A stretch of 23,153 nucleotides of DNA from a virus, in the IMG/VR virus record IMGVR_UViG_2791355197_000001, positions 1-23,153 of that record. One strand, 5' to 3'. The stretch's first letter is position 1. Every line of letters starts with the position of its first letter. The translations under genes were made by a program, and so were the position numbers. Shown here one piece after another: positions 22,549 to 23,153 of the stretch. Under the pieces are notes generated by a model. The model was not told the origin of the DNA. It did not search any database and saw only the letters and a list, made by a program, of their open reading frames with translations.

Positions 22549-22917
22549 CTAAGGCAGGAGCGCCAGCCGTTGGTCCTCGTAGTGAGCCGGGACGTTGTTG
22601 TCCTCTAGGATCTTGTTCAGCTCGTCCAAGGTCTGCGCGTTCCGAGCCGCAACTATGAGGCTCCTGCGCTTGTTCTCTTTGACCATGAGGTCGTCAGGCT
22701 TTGCCAGGATGGTGGCCGCGAGCTCCTGCACGGTCTTCCCCTCGATCTTGGCTGCCTCTTCAAACTCTGCGGTCGGCGCCGCTCCGCCTTGGACGGACAG
22801 CGCCAGCATGTGCTTCCGGGCATGCGCGACGTCGTGACCGTCGACCATCAGGAACGTGTTGATCCTGCGTTCCGCCCGCTTCTTCTCCTGGACGAGCGGA
22901 GAGATGCTGATCTTCAT
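22549..22917 (-). CDS. phage tail-associated hypothetical protein
   Basis: 122 aa, upstream of the tail fibre gene; ATGA coupling. Confidence 0.7.
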   Translation of the reverse strand: MKISISPLVQEKKRAERRINTFLMVDGHDVAHARKHMLALSVQGGAAPTAEFEEAAKIEGKTVQELAATILAKPDDLMVKENKRRSLIVAARNAQTLDELNKILEDNNVPAHYEDQRLALLP

Positions 22918-23153
22918 TGCGCCCCCACCTCGAAAGCGCCGACCTTGTAGGGCTGGCCTGGGACGACCGTCACCCGGAATGTCCCGACTTGGTCGCTCGC
23001 GAACTCGATTTTGCCGTCCGTGACGTCCTCCTGGTGGACCAGCTTGTTGTCGTACCAGACATAGACCGTGAACTTCTCCGGCTGCACGGTGAGGTGAAGC
23101 GTATCGACTCCGTCCGCCTTGATCGGCCGGATCTCGCCCGTGATGATCACTTC
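22914..23153 (-). CDS. phage tail-associated hypothetical protein (5'-partial)
   Basis: Open to the window edge; beta-rich Ig-like sequence. Confidence 0.65.
   Translation of the reverse strand, partial: EVIITGEIRPIKADGVDTLHLTVQPEKFTVYVWYDNKLVHQEDVTDGKIEFASDQVGTFRVTVVPGQPYKVGAFEVGAQ

Larger units (their letters stand above)
1..23153. mobile_element. Phage/prophage region (tRNA array, accessory genes, lysis and tail module)
   Basis: Tail fibre, endolysin, holin/spanin-like genes, Imm-like gene, HNH nuclease and a dense tRNA array; no housekeeping genes; boundaries not visible. Confidence 0.85.

Noticed and set aside
1-23153. att site or integrase defining prophage ends
   Set aside because: No integrase gene or duplicated tRNA 3' end was seen in this window.

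Overview
Phage or prophage segment of high GC content. Several hypothetical proteins resemble families I associate with Bradyrhizobium/rhizobial prophages; this host assignment is an inference. The left 9.8 kb is a minus-strand array of 31 CCA-encoding tRNA genes covering 18 amino acids (His, Trp and elongator Met not seen in the window), several of them non-canonical. Embedded in the array are an HNH endonuclease, small accessory ORFs and a Ro60/Rsr (TROVE-vWA) gene. The Ro60 gene is preceded by four tandem Y-RNA-like genes: one is a YrlA-type permuted tRNA mimic, and each of the four carries a different anticodon-loop-like heptamer. The middle contains accessory genes, including a T4 Imm-like superinfection immunity protein and an ATP-dependent DNA ligase domain. 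The right part is a minus-strand late module: tail genes, an SGNH-domain tail fibre/spike, an endolysin, a fatty-acid hydroxylase/sterol desaturase gene inside the lysis cassette, holin/spanin-like genes and DUF6527-like genes. All structures were folded by eye and no database searches were run.
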